Assembly: GCA_965240325.2 (NCBI GenBank)
Contig: OZ251226.1
Span: 3,038,001 to 3,102,000 of the forward strand
Direction: 5' to 3'
Length of the DNA: 64,000 bases
Origin: Rebecca billardiae RCC1528
Lineage: Eukaryota; Protista; Haptophyta
The number at the start of each line of letters is the position of its first letter. Position 1 is the stretch's first letter. The notes under the pieces are model-generated. The model ran no database searches. It worked only from the letters and a program-made list of their open reading frames with translations, and was not told the DNA's origin. The position numbers and the translations under genes were made by a program. Shown piece after piece: positions 46,872 to 60,400 of this stretch.

Positions 46872-49474
46872 TCACTCGGAATCGTCGGGCCGGTTGATGC
46901 CGAGCACGCGCGCAAGGTCGTCGGGCGTGTGCCGGCCCTCATACTTGTCCTTGTCGCGCATCGTGCACACGAAGATGGTGTCGATGGTTGTCTCGTACAC
47001 GCCGGAGAAGACGCGCGCCACGATGTACGCTAGCACGAGCGCGAAGACCGACGGCAGCACCGGGTTGACGCTCATGTCGATCTCCTGCGCGTAGTAGTAG
47101 CACGCGACCGCGCACGATAGCGGCAGCGCGACGCACTGCAGCACGCGCAGCAGCGTCTGCACGAAGGCGTTCATCGACACCTGCGCCGGGTAGTTGAGGA
47201 AGAGCATGAACGTGGCCTGCGCACCGCGCGCGCACGCCGCCGCGCCGCGCGCCGCGCGTCAGTGAGAGCGTGCGCGGGGCCACATCGCGCGCGGCGAGGC
47301 GCGGCGCGGCGCGGCGGCGCGCGGCGCGGGGGCGGGCGGCGGCGTACCCGGCACGCGGAGCAGAAGCTGTCGCCGTTGAGCGCGATGTAGATGTACGCGT
47401 AGTTCGAGACGAACTTGATGCACTTCTCGAAGCACCACATGCAGCACTTGACGCACTTCATCGCGAAGCGGAGCAGCATGCTCTGCTCCTGCATGTCCTT
47501 GGTCTTGTTGTCGATGTACTCGAGCACGATCCTGATGAACTGCACGATCGCGATGATCAGCGAGCCGAACGCCATCGAGCCGAGGTGGTAGCGCACGACC
47601 ATCCACAGCGAGGCGAGGACGGGGCCCGTGGTGCGCGGGTACTCCTCGTCGTTGTCGCGGTAGAAGAACCAGTAGCACACCGCGCCGGCGAGCGTGCACG
47701 TGGTGGTCGCGAGCACAAAGTTGGCCGACCAGAGGAAGCCAAAGAGGTGGAACGCGCCCAGCCACCACTTGAGCTGCGAGACCTCGGGGCCGCCCTCGCC
47801 GCCGTAGCTCATGTTGTACGCGGAGGTGTAGTTGGAGTAGTCGTCGGTCATGTTGGCCAGCGCGCCCTCCAGCTTGTCGTTGTTCAGCGTGCCGATGAAG
47901 ACCGCGCCGACCATGAAGTAGACGATGAGCACGCACATCCAGCAGATGGTCGCAAACGGGAACGCGAGCTGCATCGGCTGGTGCGAGATCACGTGCGAGC
48001 CCTCCTCGACGATCTCGATGGCGATCTCGATCTGCGTCTGGAACACGCAGAGGTACACGACGAGCGCCACGTCGAGGATCACGAGCACGAGCAGCGCCAG
48101 CTCGAACACGCGCTCATTGCTCGCGGCCGTGGTCGCCGCAAACTCGTAGCCCGCGCCCACGCCTGTCATGCTCGACGCGGCGCTCGCGTACGAGTGCGCG
48201 CTCGCCAGGGTCTCGGAGCTCTGGATCTGCGCGTACGCCGAGGCGATCGAGGAGTTGGACGCGTGCTTCGACTCGAGCGCCGCGTTCGCCGCGTCGCCGA
48301 ACACCCCCGCCTTGATCGCGCAGAGGACGGTCGCGGCCAGCATCACGAGCATCAGCAGGAGGATCGCCAGGTACACAAGCGGCTTTGCCATCCAGCGCAT
48401 CAGGAAGATGAAGAGGAAGCCGAGGACGACGGGCATGAGCACGCCGAAGATGAAGATCGGGAGCTTCGACTCCATCACCGCCATCACCAGCTGGTTCATC
48501 CCCTGCATCCCCGCCGCGAGCTTCTCCTCGGCCGGGCCGGCGCCCGACGCCTCGTACTGCAGCGAGGTGCCGAGCCGCACCTGCGTCACGCACTGCGCGA
48601 CGTCGGCCTGGCTGCGCGGGTCCATCTTCCAGAAGAGCTTGTCGGAGAACTGCTCGGTGTAGCAGTCGCGACCCGCCGAGAGGCAGTCGGGCGAGGCGCA
48701 CAGCACCGTCTCGTTCGCCAGCCGCTTCTTGACCGGCAGGCAGCGGTTGCCGATCGAGATCGTGTCGAGCGGCACGATCCAGTTGCCCGCGCGCTTGCCG
48801 CACGCCTCGGGCGAGGCGAAGGGGTAGAGCTCCGGGTCGTCGCAGCCGTAGTCGGCGATGACGTCGCCCTGCTTCGGGCAATCCTCGAGGCACAGCCCGT
48901 ACAGCTTGAGCTGCGCGCGCGCGGCAACGTGGTGGTGGCGTGAGCGGCGCGAGGCGTGGCGGCCAACGTGGCGTGGCGGCCACCGTGGCGTGCGAGCGCG
49001 CGCGCGTACCTTCCACGGCGTGTCGAGGAGGCCCGGCTGCGCGGCGAGGTCTTGGGAGAGGCGCGGGTAGTACGCTTTTGTGAGCGTCGAGTCGGGCACG
49101 CCCTTGCCACCCAGGCCGCACCGGAAGCCGCCATAGTCCTTGCCGTAGATCACAGAGTACGGGTTGCCGAGGGTGACGGCGATGCCCATCACGGCGAGCA
49201 TGCCGATCCAGTACACGACCAAGAGGCACAAGCACGCGATGTCCGTGCAGCCCCGCTCGTCCGGCTTGTTCGGGCCCTCGATCTCGTCATCCTTCGGCTG
49301 CACACGTCATGCGCGCCCCCCGGCGCGGCGCGAGCGCGCAGGCAAGGTGAGCGGTGGGCGCGCGCGCGGCGAGCGACGCCGAAGGCGAGCATTCGGGGGG
49401 CTCTCGACGTGCCGGACAGGTCGACGCCTCTCGAGAGACGCGCGCACCTCATCCTCGCACCCGAGGCACCCCAT
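46872..49474 (-). CDS. Choline transporter-like (CTL/SLC44) protein; exons 49474-49448, 49297-49010, 48910-47348, 47216-46872
   Basis: RGCTDIACL, YGKDYGGFRCG, Cys-rich loop, RYHLGSMAFGSLIIAIVQ, KCCMWCFEKCIKF..AYIYIALNGDSFCSA, VYETTIDTIFVC. The 27-bp first exon encodes MGCLGCEDE. Confidence 0.93.
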
Positions 49475-49583
49475 CTCGGCGAGTGGCCGGTGCCGTCGGC
49501 TTCCTCGGCAAGCGCCGAAAGCCTGCCGTGCGCGCGACTCCTGATCGAGTCGAAAAGCGAGCTCCCGGACCGGCCTGGCGACG

Positions 49584-51104
49584 ATGGCGGCCGATCTGGT
49601 CGCCGCGGGGAGCACGGCGGGCTGCGCCGTGGGTGCGCTCGTGTGCGAGGTGAGGCACGTGCAGAAGGTGCGCGAGGCAGTCGACGCCGCGGGCTTCAGC
49701 AAGGGCCCGGGCAGCATCGTGGACTATGCCCCACCCAAACCAGACGGCGCTGACGCCGCGCCCGCCGCGGACGGGCCGCCGTCGAGCAAGCGGCAGCGGG
49801 CGAATCTCAAGGCGGTGCACGTGAGCCCACGCGGGGCGGCCGCTCTCGAGGGCGCGATGGAGGTGCCTGAGTGCATATCCGAGCTCCTCCGCGACGGGCG
49901 CGCCCGCTGGGTCGGCGGCCTGCGCCAGCGCGCGCGGCCGCACGTGCGCCGCTCGCCTCCGCCCGATGGCGCGTGGTTCACCTTCTGCGAGCTCTTCGCG
50001 GGGATCGGCGGCTTCCGCTGCGCGATTGAGCCACTGGGCGGCGAGTGCGTCTTCGCGTCGGAGATGGACGTCACCGCGCGCGAGCTCTACCGCATCAACC
50101 ACGGCGGCGACGAGCCCGCGGGCGACATCCTCGGCGTGGAGAGTCGCGAGGTGCCCCGGCACGACCTGCTGACCGCAGGCTTCCCCTGCCAGCCCTTCTC
50201 GGTGTGCGGCGAGCAGCTGGGCATGCTCGACAGGCGTGGGCAGCTGGTGTTCGAGGTGGTGCGCATCGCGGCCGCGCACCGCCCCAAGGCGCTCCTCCTC
50301 GAGAATGTGGCCGCCCTCGCCGACGTGCACGGCGGCGCCGACCTGCGCGCGATCAAGGGCGCGCTCGCCGAGACGGGGTACGACGTGCGCGTGTGCACGC
50401 TCGGCGCGGCGGCGCTGGTGCCGCAGCGGCGCAACCGGCTGTACATCGTCGCGCTGCGCGCAGACCTACGCGCCGCGCGCGCCGCCTTCGCCTGGCCCGA
50501 CCTCGCCGCGCGCGCGCCGCGCGTGCCGCCGCGCGTGCGCGACGTGCTCGAGCCGGAGGGCTCCGTGCCGAGCTCGTACGCGCTCAGCGCCGCGCAGTGG
50601 GACGCGCTCGCCGCCAAGCCCAGATCGTCGTCGAAGACGCGCGACGCCGAGGCGAAGCGCTGGGTCGATCTCGACGGCGCCGCCAACACGCTCATGTCAT
50701 CGTACCGGCGCTCGTACCACCTGTACTCGCAGTTTGTGCCGCCGACGCCGCCCCACCCGCCACGGGCGCAGCCACGGGCGAGTGGCGCGCCCGCCGAGCA
50801 GGTCGCGCCGCGCACGACGCCGCGCTTCTTCACCGAGCGCGAGTGCTGCCGGCTCCAAGGCTTCGACGACAGCCTCGAGGTGTCCGACTGCGGCAAGAAC
50901 CACCGCTTCTACCACGTCATCAACAACGCGGTCGTCCCGCCGGTCGTCGCCGAGATCGCCAAGGCGTTGCTCGCCGCGCTCCTCACCGAGAGCGAGGAGG
51001 GCGAGCCTGGTGTGGCGGCGGACGCGCGATTCGGCGCGCTCGCCGCGGAGGACGCGCCCTCCGTGCCATGGCCGCCGCGCTGGAGACGCCTCCCGCTGCC
51101 GTGA
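49584..51104 (+). CDS. DNA (cytosine-5)-methyltransferase, bacterial-like/DNMT6-like, with an N-terminal extension
   Basis: Motif I ELFAGIGG, IV GFPCQPFS, VI LLENV, VIII PQRRNRLYIV, IX RFFTERECCRLQGF, X NNAVVPPV. Intronless. Confidence 0.92.
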   Translation: MAADLVAAGSTAGCAVGALVCEVRHVQKVREAVDAAGFSKGPGSIVDYAPPKPDGADAAPAADGPPSSKRQRANLKAVHVSPRGAAALEGAMEVPECISELLRDGRARWVGGLRQRARPHVRRSPPPDGAWFTFCELFAGIGGFRCAIEPLGGECVFASEMDVTARELYRINHGGDEPAGDILGVESREVPRHDLLTAGFPCQPFSVCGEQLGMLDRRGQLVFEVVRIAAAHRPKALLLENVAALADVHGGADLRAIKGALAETGYDVRVCTLGAAALVPQRRNRLYIVALRADLRAARAAFAWPDLAARAPRVPPRVRDVLEPEGSVPSSYALSAAQWDALAAKPRSSSKTRDAEAKRWVDLDGAANTLMSSYRRSYHLYSQFVPPTPPHPPRAQPRASGAPAEQVAPRTTPRFFTERECCRLQGFDDSLEVSDCGKNHRFYHVINNAVVPPVVAEIAKALLAALLTESEEGEPGVAADARFGALAAEDAPSVPWPPRWRRLPLP

Positions 51105-51402
51105 CCGCATGCCAGGCGAGCTCAAAGTTACATTGATACTAGTACCATGTCTGGACATGGCGTGTAGTGATGCTCACTGATGCGCTTTGGGCGGCTTCGT
51201 GGGCCGCCGCCGCCATGCTGAGATCACGAATCACGCGGAGGTGTTTAGGACGCCCGCGAGCTCGCGCGATCTCCGCCGTTTTTGCTCGCAGTCCGGGCTC
51301 TGGTCCGGGGGCCCTCCAGTTGCGTTTCGCGAGGAGTCGGCCGCTCGCCAGGCGAGAGCAAATAACAGCCCCCCACCAGGCGCAGGGTGGCGCCCTGTGG
51401 TG

Positions 51403-54400
51403 ATGGGGGACGCGCGCCAGCGCTGGATCGTTAAGGCGGTCGCGCAGGCGTTCGATATCGCCACGAGCAAGGTCGAGGAGTGCATCAAGGATCACTCGAC
51501 CCAGGCCCTGCTCAATGGCTTCTTCTCCGGCGAGCCGACGGGCAGCACGCGGATCATCTTTTATCAGCAGAAGCGCGACCGCGTGACCGACGACGGCGAG
51601 CTGTACGAGAACGGCAGCCCAGCCGAGCTCTTCGTGACGTCGGGCGACACCGACCGGATCAAGGGCCGCGGCGTCTACTTCATCCGCGTGTGCGAGAAGG
51701 CCGTCGGCGTGGGGACGGTCGACACGGACATCAACATGGGGATGATCGAGGGCCACCCGGTCTCCAACCTGCAGGTGCTGGTGGACGAGGTGTTCACGCC
51801 CGTGCTCAAGGGCGGGTACGCGGGGTGGGACAAGAAGATGACCGCCGAGGCGAAGACCGACCTGTACGACGTGGTCGACCGCTTCTCCACCATGCTGGGC
51901 GAGGTGTCCGCCTCGCTCGAGAACTCGCTCGAGCTCAAGAAGCCGTCGTCCGGCATCGCGATCGAGAACAAGCCGGCGGCGATCGCGTCGGCGGCGGCCG
52001 ACCCGAAGTACGTGGCGGCGTACGAGGAGATCGTCGAGGACTGGTGCAACCAGGTCGACCGGCTGCTCGCCGAGACCGACGACAACCGCAACGAGCCGGA
52101 CGACGCGGGCCCGTCGACCGAGCTCGAGTACTGGCGCAACCGGATGGGCAAGTTCAACTCGATCACGGAGCAGCTGAAGCAGCCGGCGTGCAAGGCGCCG
52201 CTCGCGGTGCTGCAGGTGGCGAAGGCGCGCGTGATGAAGCGCTGGCGCACGCTCGACAACACCATCACCGACGCGACCAACGAGGCGAAGGACAACGTCA
52301 AGTACCTCTCCACCCTCGAGAAGTACATCGAGCCGCTCTACACGGGCGACCCGCACACGATCATCGACGCGCTGCCCGGGCTGCTGAACAACACGCGGAT
52401 GATGCTCACGATCGCGCGGTACTACTCGACGCGCGACCGCATGACCCTCCTCTTCCGCAAGGTGACCAACCAGATGATCGCCAACTGCCGCGAGCACGTG
52501 CTCGCGGGCGGCGCGCTGTGGGAGCAGGACGTCAAGGAGCTGATCGGCCGGCTGCAGGCGTGCATCACGCTCAACGAGGCGTACCAGGTGCAGTACCACA
52601 CGACGCGCGAGCGGCTCGAGCAGACGCCGTCGGGCAAGCAGTTCGACTTCGACGTCAACCGCATCTTCGGCAAGTTCGACCTCTTCCAGCGGCGCATCGA
52701 GAAGCTGGTCGACATGTTCTCGACGTTTGAGCAGTTCTCGGTGCTCGCGCGGCACAACATCGAGGGGATGGACGCGTTCATCGGCAACTTCCTCGTGATC
52801 ATGGACGACTTCAAGCGGAAGCCGTACGACCTGCTCGACTACCAGATGAACCAGTTCGACCGCGACTACCTCGAGTTCTCCGCCAACATCCACGAGCTCG
52901 AGTCGTCGCTGCAGGGCTTCATCAACCAGAGCTTCGAGTCGATCTCGTCGACCGAGAACGCGCTCCAGCTGCTCAAGCAGTTCCAGGTGATCATGCAGCG
53001 CGACTCGCTGAAGGACGACCTCGACTCGAAGCTGAGCGTGATCTTCCACAACTACACCGTCGACCTCGAGACCGTGCAGCGCCTCTACGAGAAGCAGAAG
53101 TCGGCGACGCCGGCGGTGCGCAACATGCCGCCCGTCTCGGCCAACGTCGCGTGGGCGCGCCAGCTCATGCGCCGCATCGAGGTGCCGATGCAGAAGTTCC
53201 AGGCGAACCCGCAGCTGATGCAGGCGCGCGAGGCGAAGAAGATCACGAAGACGTACAACAAGATCGCGCGCACCATCATCGAGTTCGAGACGCTGTGGAA
53301 GCTCGCGTGGGCGAAGGGCATCGACTCGGCGCGCGCCGGGCTGCACGCGACGCTGCTCGTGCGCCACCCCGCCAACAACAAGCTGTACGCCAACTTCGAC
53401 CCGGAGATCCTGCAGCTGCTGCGCGAGACGAAGTGCCTGATGCGGATGGGCGAGGACGTGCCCGAGGCGGCGCGCATGGTGCTGCTGCAGGAGGACAAGC
53501 TCAAGTCGTACTACAACAAGCTCTCGTACGCGCTCGCCGAGTACGACACGGTGTGGTCGCGGCTCCACCCGCTCACCTACCCGCTGCTGCGGCCGCACCT
53601 CGCGGACATGGACGCGGTGCTGCAGCCGGGGCTGGTCACGCTCACGTGGACATCGATGAACATCGACGGCTACGTCCACTCGATCCACGCCGCGCTCTTC
53701 AAGCTCAACGAGCTCGTCTCCAAGATCCAGGACCTGGTCGAGAACCGGATCGACCGCAACATCGAGGAGGTCGCGTCGCAGACGCTCGTCAACCTCAAGT
53801 CGGACGAGTCGTACACGCTCGACCGCTTCGTCGCGGTGCAGGAGAAGCACATGAAGGACCTGACGATCACGATGCAGTCCAAGTCGCAGGAGGTCGAGTC
53901 CGCCGTCACCGACCTCGTCGAGCTGATCCAGACGTACCCGCGCGAGCACGTGCACGAGGACGTGCCGGAGGAGGAGGTGCGCAAGATCCGCGCGCACTTC
54001 GCCAACCAGCTCTACGCGGCGGTGCTGCGCGCGACGTCGCTCTCGCTGAACAAGATCAAGGAGCGCGTGGGCTCGCGCACGTCCGGCGGCTTCCTCTTCC
54101 TCGAGCGCCCCTTCTTCGACGTGCAGGTCGAGCTGTCCATCCCGAACGTGGTGATGAACCCGTCGCTCACCGCGATCCAGGGCGCGATCAACTCGTGCTC
54201 GCGCTCGATCCTCGCGTCGTCGAAGGGCATCCCGATCTGGCAGGGCGAGCCGATGGGCGGGCGGCCGATGTACGAGCTCATCTCGAAGGACCGCGACGTG
54301 ATCAAGACCGTGCTGCTGCTCACCGGCTCGATCGAGGGCGCGAAGCGGCAGGTGTACGAGTACCTGCAGACCTTCATCAAGTACGACTGGCTGTGGAAGG

Positions 54401-57400
54401 GCAACATGCAGCAGGCGTACAACGAGTTCATGTCGAAGAACCCGGGGCTCGAGGACTTCGAGGCCGAGCTCAAGCGGTACGTCGACGTGGAGCACGAGAT
54501 CACCAAGATCCCGCCGGTGCACAACATCGGCGCGCTCTCGCTCGAGACGGGCCCGCTCAAGGTGGCGCTGATGAACGAGGCGAGCAACTGGAAGGCGCAG
54601 TACGCGAAGAACCTGCACCTCAAGGCGAAGAACGAGCTCGACCAGATCAACCAGTGGCTGCACGACATGAACCGCAACCTCAAGCGCGACGTGAACGACC
54701 TCGACGACGTGCGCGCCGCCGTGAGCTACCTCGAGGGCGTGCGCAACTACGAGGCCAACCTCGACTCGGAGTTCGGGCCGGTCGAGGACATGTACGCGCT
54801 GCTCGGGCGGTACGAGGTGCCCGTGCCCAAGGAGGAGACGGACATCGTCACCGACCTGCGCTACTCGTGGAAGAAGCTCAAGAAGCTCGCGAGCGAGCTG
54901 CAGGAGTCGCTCTCGGAGAAGCAGGCCAACTTCAAGAAGAACCTCGTGCGCAACATCAAGCTGTTCGTCGTCGACGTGATCCAGTTCCGCAACGACTTCG
55001 AGGCGAACGGGCCGATGGTGCCGGGCGTCGCGCCGATGGAGGCGGACGAGCGGCTGCGCAAGTTCCAGCGCCTGTTCGAGGAGCGCGAGCGCAAGTGGCT
55101 CGCTTACTCGGAGGGGCAGAAGCTGTTCGGCCTGCCCGTGACCGAGTACCCCGAGCTCGAGAAGACGAAGCAGGAGCTGCAGCTGCTGGAGAAGCTGTAC
55201 GGGCTGTACACGGAGGTGATCAACACCGTCTCCGAGTTCAAGGAGGTGCTGTGGTCCGACGTGAAGGACGAGCTCGACACGATGACGTCGAAGATCTCCG
55301 AGTTCCAGAACGGGTGCAAGAAGATGCCCAAGGCGCTGCGCGAGTGGGACGCGTACATCGAGATGAAGAAGACGATCGACGACTTCCTCGAGTCGCTGCC
55401 GATGGTGCAGGACCTGACGCACCCGGGCATGCGCGACCGGCACTGGGCCGCGCTCGAGCAGGTGTGCGGGCAGGAGCTGCCCGTGCACTCGGAGACGTTC
55501 AAGCTCTCGGGGCTGCTCGACGCCAACCTGCTCGAGTACCGCGAGGACGTGGAGGAGATCGCCAACTCGGCGGTGAAGGAGCTGCAGATCGAGGAGAAGC
55601 TGCAGGGCATCGCCTCCGACTGGAGCGACAAGACGCTCCAGTTCTCCCAGTTCAAGAACCGCGGCATGATCATCCTCAACGGCGGCGCGACCGTCGAGCT
55701 GATGGAGCAGCTCGAGGAGGCGCAGATGGTGCTCGGCTCGCTGATGGCGTCGCGCTACGTCGGCCCGTTCAAGGAGGACGTGCAGGAGTGGATCACGAAG
55801 CTCTCCACCGTCTCGGAGATCATCGAGCAGTGGGTGCAGGTGCAGGCGATGTGGATGTACCTCGAGGCCGTGTTCACGTCGGGCGACATCGCCAAGCAGC
55901 TGCCGCAGGAGAGCAAGCGCTTCCAGGGCATCGACAAGAACTGGGTCAAGATCCTCTCGAAGGCGAACGAGCAGCCGGTGGTGGTGCAGTACTGCTACGG
56001 CAACGACGTGCTGCAGCAGCTGCTGCCGCACCTGCTCGAGCAGCTCGAGATGTGCCAGAAGGCGCTGTCGGGCTACCTCGACCAGAAGCGCGCCGCGTTC
56101 CCGCGCTTCTACTTCGTCTCCGACCCCAACCTGCTCGAGATCCTCTCGCAGGGCTCGAACCCCGAGGCGATCCAGCCGCACCTGCAGTCGGTGTTCGACT
56201 CGATCGAGTACGTCGAGTTCAACAAGAAGGAGCGCACGCACATCCAGACCATCTTCTCCGACGTCGGCGAGTCGATCGCGCTGCGCAACCGCGTCAAGGC
56301 GGAGGGCAACATCGAGGACTGGCTCAACGCGCTGCTGCGCGAGATGCAGAACTCGCTCAAGAACATCGTGCGCGAGGCCGCGTCGGACTGCGACGTGATG
56401 GACACCGCCGAGCTCACGCACAAGTACCAGTCGCAGGTCTCGCTCATCGCCATCCAGTTCAAGTGGACGGGCGACTGCGAGGACGCGCTGTACCGCGCCA
56501 AGTCGGAGAAGGGCATCATGTCGCAGACCAACAAGAAGAACCAGGCGCGGCTCAACGACCTGGTGGCGATGAACATGCTCAAGGACGAGGAGCTGCGCAA
56601 GCACGGCAAGTGGACGCGGCGCAAGATCGAGACGATGATCACCGTCGACGTGCACCAGCGCGACGTGTGGGAGGAGATTGTGAAGCGCAAGGTGCGCGAC
56701 ACGGAGGACTTTGAGTGGCAGAAGCAGGCGCGCTTCTACTGGCGGTTCGACATGGACTACGCGATGATCTCGGTGGCCGACGTCGACTTCAAGTACTGCA
56801 ACGAGTACCTCGGCGTGAAGGAGCGGCTCGTCATCACGCCGCTCACCGACCGCTGCTACATCACGCTCGCGCAGGCGCTCGGCATGTTCCTCGGCGGCGC
56901 GCCCGCCGGCCCGGCCGGCACGGGCAAGACGGAGACGACCAAGGACATGGGCTGCACGCTCGGCAAGTACGTCGTCGTGACGAACTGCTCGGACCAGATG
57001 GACTACCGGATCATGGGCAACATCCTCAAGGGCCTCGCGCAGTCCGGCTGCTGGGGCTGCTTCGACGAGTTCAACCGCATCGACCTCGAGGTGCTCTCGG
57101 TCGTCGCGCAGCAGGTGATGTCGGTGCTCGTCGCGATCCGCGAGGACCGCAAGACGTTCCAGTTCACCGACGGGCAGGTGATCGCGCTGGACAAGGAGGT
57201 GGGCTTCTTCATCACGATGAACCCGGGCTACGCCGGCCGGCAGGAGCTGCCCGAGAACCTCAAGTCGCTCTTCCGCGGCGTGACGATGATGGTGCCCGAC
57301 CGCGAGATCATCATGAAGGTGAAGCTGACCGCGTGCGGGTACAAGGAGGCGACGCTGCTCGGCAAGAAGTTCAACGTGCTCTACCGGCTGTGCGAGGAGC

Positions 57401-60400
57401 AGCTCTCGAAGCAGGCGCACTACGACTTCGGGCTGCGCAACATCCTCGCGGTGCTGCGCACGGCGGGCGCCTCCAAGCGCAACGAGATCGAGAAGCCCGA
57501 GCAGGAGCTGCTGATGCGCACGCTGCGCGACATGAACCTCTCCAAGTTTGTGGCCGAGGACGTGCCGCTCTTCATGTCGCTGCTTGACGACCTGTTCCCG
57601 GGCCTCAAGGCGGAGAAGCAGAAGCACAAGGAGGTGGAGGCGGCGATCGAGGCGGCGATCACCGAGCTCGGGCTGCAGCACCACATCGACTGGATCCTCA
57701 AGGTGGTGCAGGTGTACGAGATGTGCCTCGTGCGCCACTCGCTCATGCACGTCGGCCCGTCGGGCGTCGGCAAGTCGAGGATCGTCGAGACGCTGCACAA
57801 GGCGCTGATGGGGGCCAAGGCGGACCAGGCGCTGCCGCCGATGGTCGGCCAGCCGCACCGCGAGCTGCGCATGAACCCCAAGGCGATCACCGCGCCGCAG
57901 ATGTTCGGCGCGCTCGACGTGATCGCCAACGAGTGGACGGAGGGCATCTTTGCGCAGCTGTGGCGCAAGGCGAACAAGGACCGCAAGAACTTCACCTGGC
58001 TGATGCTCGACGGCCCGGTCGACGCGATCTGGATCGAGAACCTGAACACGGTGATGGACGACAACCGCATCCTCACGCTCGCCAACAACGACCGCATCCC
58101 GATGCTCCGGCCGAACGTGACGCTCGGCTTCGAGGTCGAGGACCTGCGCAACGCCTCGCCCGCGACCGTCTCGCGCGCGGGCGTCATCTTCATCTCCGAC
58201 GCCGACCTCGGCTACCTGCCGTACGTCAAGACGTGGCTGGCGGGGCAGCAGTCGCGCCCGTTCGCCGAGGCGCTGGGCGCGCTCTTCGAGCAGAAGATGG
58301 ACGCCTTCCTCGAGTTCACCGGGCGCGAGTGCCGGTCGAAGATGGCGTGCTCGGTGATCGCGCTCATCACGTCGATGTGCACGCTCATCGACGGGCTGCT
58401 GCGCGACATCACGCCCACCGACCTGGGCAGCTCGCTGGACGCGACGGCGGTCGAGCGCGTGTTCATGTACGCGGCGATGTGGACGGTGGGCGGCATCCTC
58501 GAGTCGGACGACCGCGTCAAGGTCGACGCGTACCTGCGGCAGAGCTTCTCCGGGCTGCCCGAGGTCGAGGGCACGGACACGGTGTACGAGTTCACCATCG
58601 ACGCCGCCTCGCTCGAGTGGGTGCACTGGGGCGAGAAGATCCCCGAGTGGTCGTACGACGGCACCTCGCTCGCCAACGACTTCCCCAAGCTGGTCATCCC
58701 CACGATCGACTCGGCTCGCATGCTGTACAACCTCGAGCGCTCGGCCGCCATGTCGCGCGCCGTGCTGCTCGTCGGCGGCCCCGGCACGGCCAAGACGTCG
58801 TCGATCCTGCAGGTGCTCGCCAAGCAGGACCCGTCGACGACCATGTTCAAGAAGATCTCCTTCTCGGGCGCGACGACGCCGCTCATCTTCCAGAGGACCG
58901 TCGAGGGCTCGATCGAGAAGCGGCAGGGCAAGACCTTCGGCCCGCCGGGCGGCAAGAACATGCTCGTCTTCGTCGACGACATCTCGATGCCGCAGATCAA
59001 CACGTGGGGCGACCAGCCGACGCTCGAGATCGTGCGGCAGATGATCGAGCAGGGCGGGCTGTACAACCTGCAGAAGCCGGGCGAGATCATGCAGATCGTC
59101 GACCTGCTCGTGCTCGGCTGCATGCTGCACCCGGGCGGCGGCAAGCAGGACATCCCCAACCGCGCCAAGCGCCACTTCCACGTGATGAACGTGACGCTGC
59201 CGTCGATGACGTCGATCCAGATGATCTTTGGCCGGCTCGTCTCGCTCGCCTACTCGGAGGACTCGGGCCTCGACGCGGACGTGCTCGCCGCCGCCGGCCG
59301 GCTCGTGGAGATGACCGTGACCGTGTGGGAGCGCACCAAGGCGAAGATGCTGCCGACGCCCGCCAAGTTCCACTACATCTTCAACCTGCGCGACCTCTCG
59401 CGCGTGTTCCAGGGCATCTTCATGGCCGCGCCCAAGGAGACGGTCAAGGACGAGACGACGCTCGTCTCGCTGTGGAAGCACGAGGCGCTGCGCGTCTTCT
59501 CCGACCGGCTCGTCGACGCGGCGGACAAGAAGTGGTTCGACGAGACGGTGCACAAGGTGCTCGAGGAGACCTTCGGCGGCGCCAAGGCGGCGAAGCTCAA
59601 GGGCGACACCTTCTTTGTCGACTTCCTGCGGCCGCCGGGCGAGGACCCGGAGACGGGCGAGGAGACGCCCGCGCCCAAGGTGTACGAGCAGGCCGCGACG
59701 ATCGACGAGGTCAAGGGGGTGATCAACGGGTACATGAAGCGCTTCAACGAGGCGCACAAGCTGCTCTCGATGGACCTCGTCCTCTTCGAGGACGCGATGT
59801 TCCACTTCATGCGCATCTCGCGGCTGCTCGCGACGCCGCGCGGCAACGCGCTGCTCGTCGGCGTCGGCGGCTCGGGCAAGCAGTCGCTCACGCGGCTCGC
59901 CGCCTTCATCGCGCGCGCGGACTTCGCCCAGATCACGATCACGAAGACGTACTCGGCGAACACGCTGCTCGAGGACTTCAAGCCGCTGTACCGCACGGCG
60001 GGCGTGCTCAACCGCGGCGTCGCGTTCATCTTCACCGACAAGGAGATCAAGGAGGAGTCGTTCCTCGAGTACCTCAACATCTTCCTCAACACGGGCGAGG
60101 TGCCCAACCTGTTCGCGCGCGACGAGTACGACGCGATCATCGGCGAGGTGGGCGTGCCGTACTCGCAGATCTTCAAGGGGTCGGAGCCGACGAAGGAGGA
60201 CCTGTGGGCCTTCTTCATCGACCGCGTGCGCGCCAACCTGCACCTCGTGCTGTGCTTCTCGCCCGTCGGCGTCAAGTTCCGCGACCGCGCGATGGCGTTC
60301 CCCGGGCTGATCAACAACTGCACGATCGACTGGTTCCTGCCGTGGCCCGAGGCGGCGCTCGGCGAGGTGGCGGCGCGCATGGTGCTGAGCAACAAGGAGC

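Noticed and set aside
49584-51104. Restriction-modification system or bacterial contamination
   Set aside because: No endonuclease nearby; flanked closely by eukaryotic genes with the same codon style.
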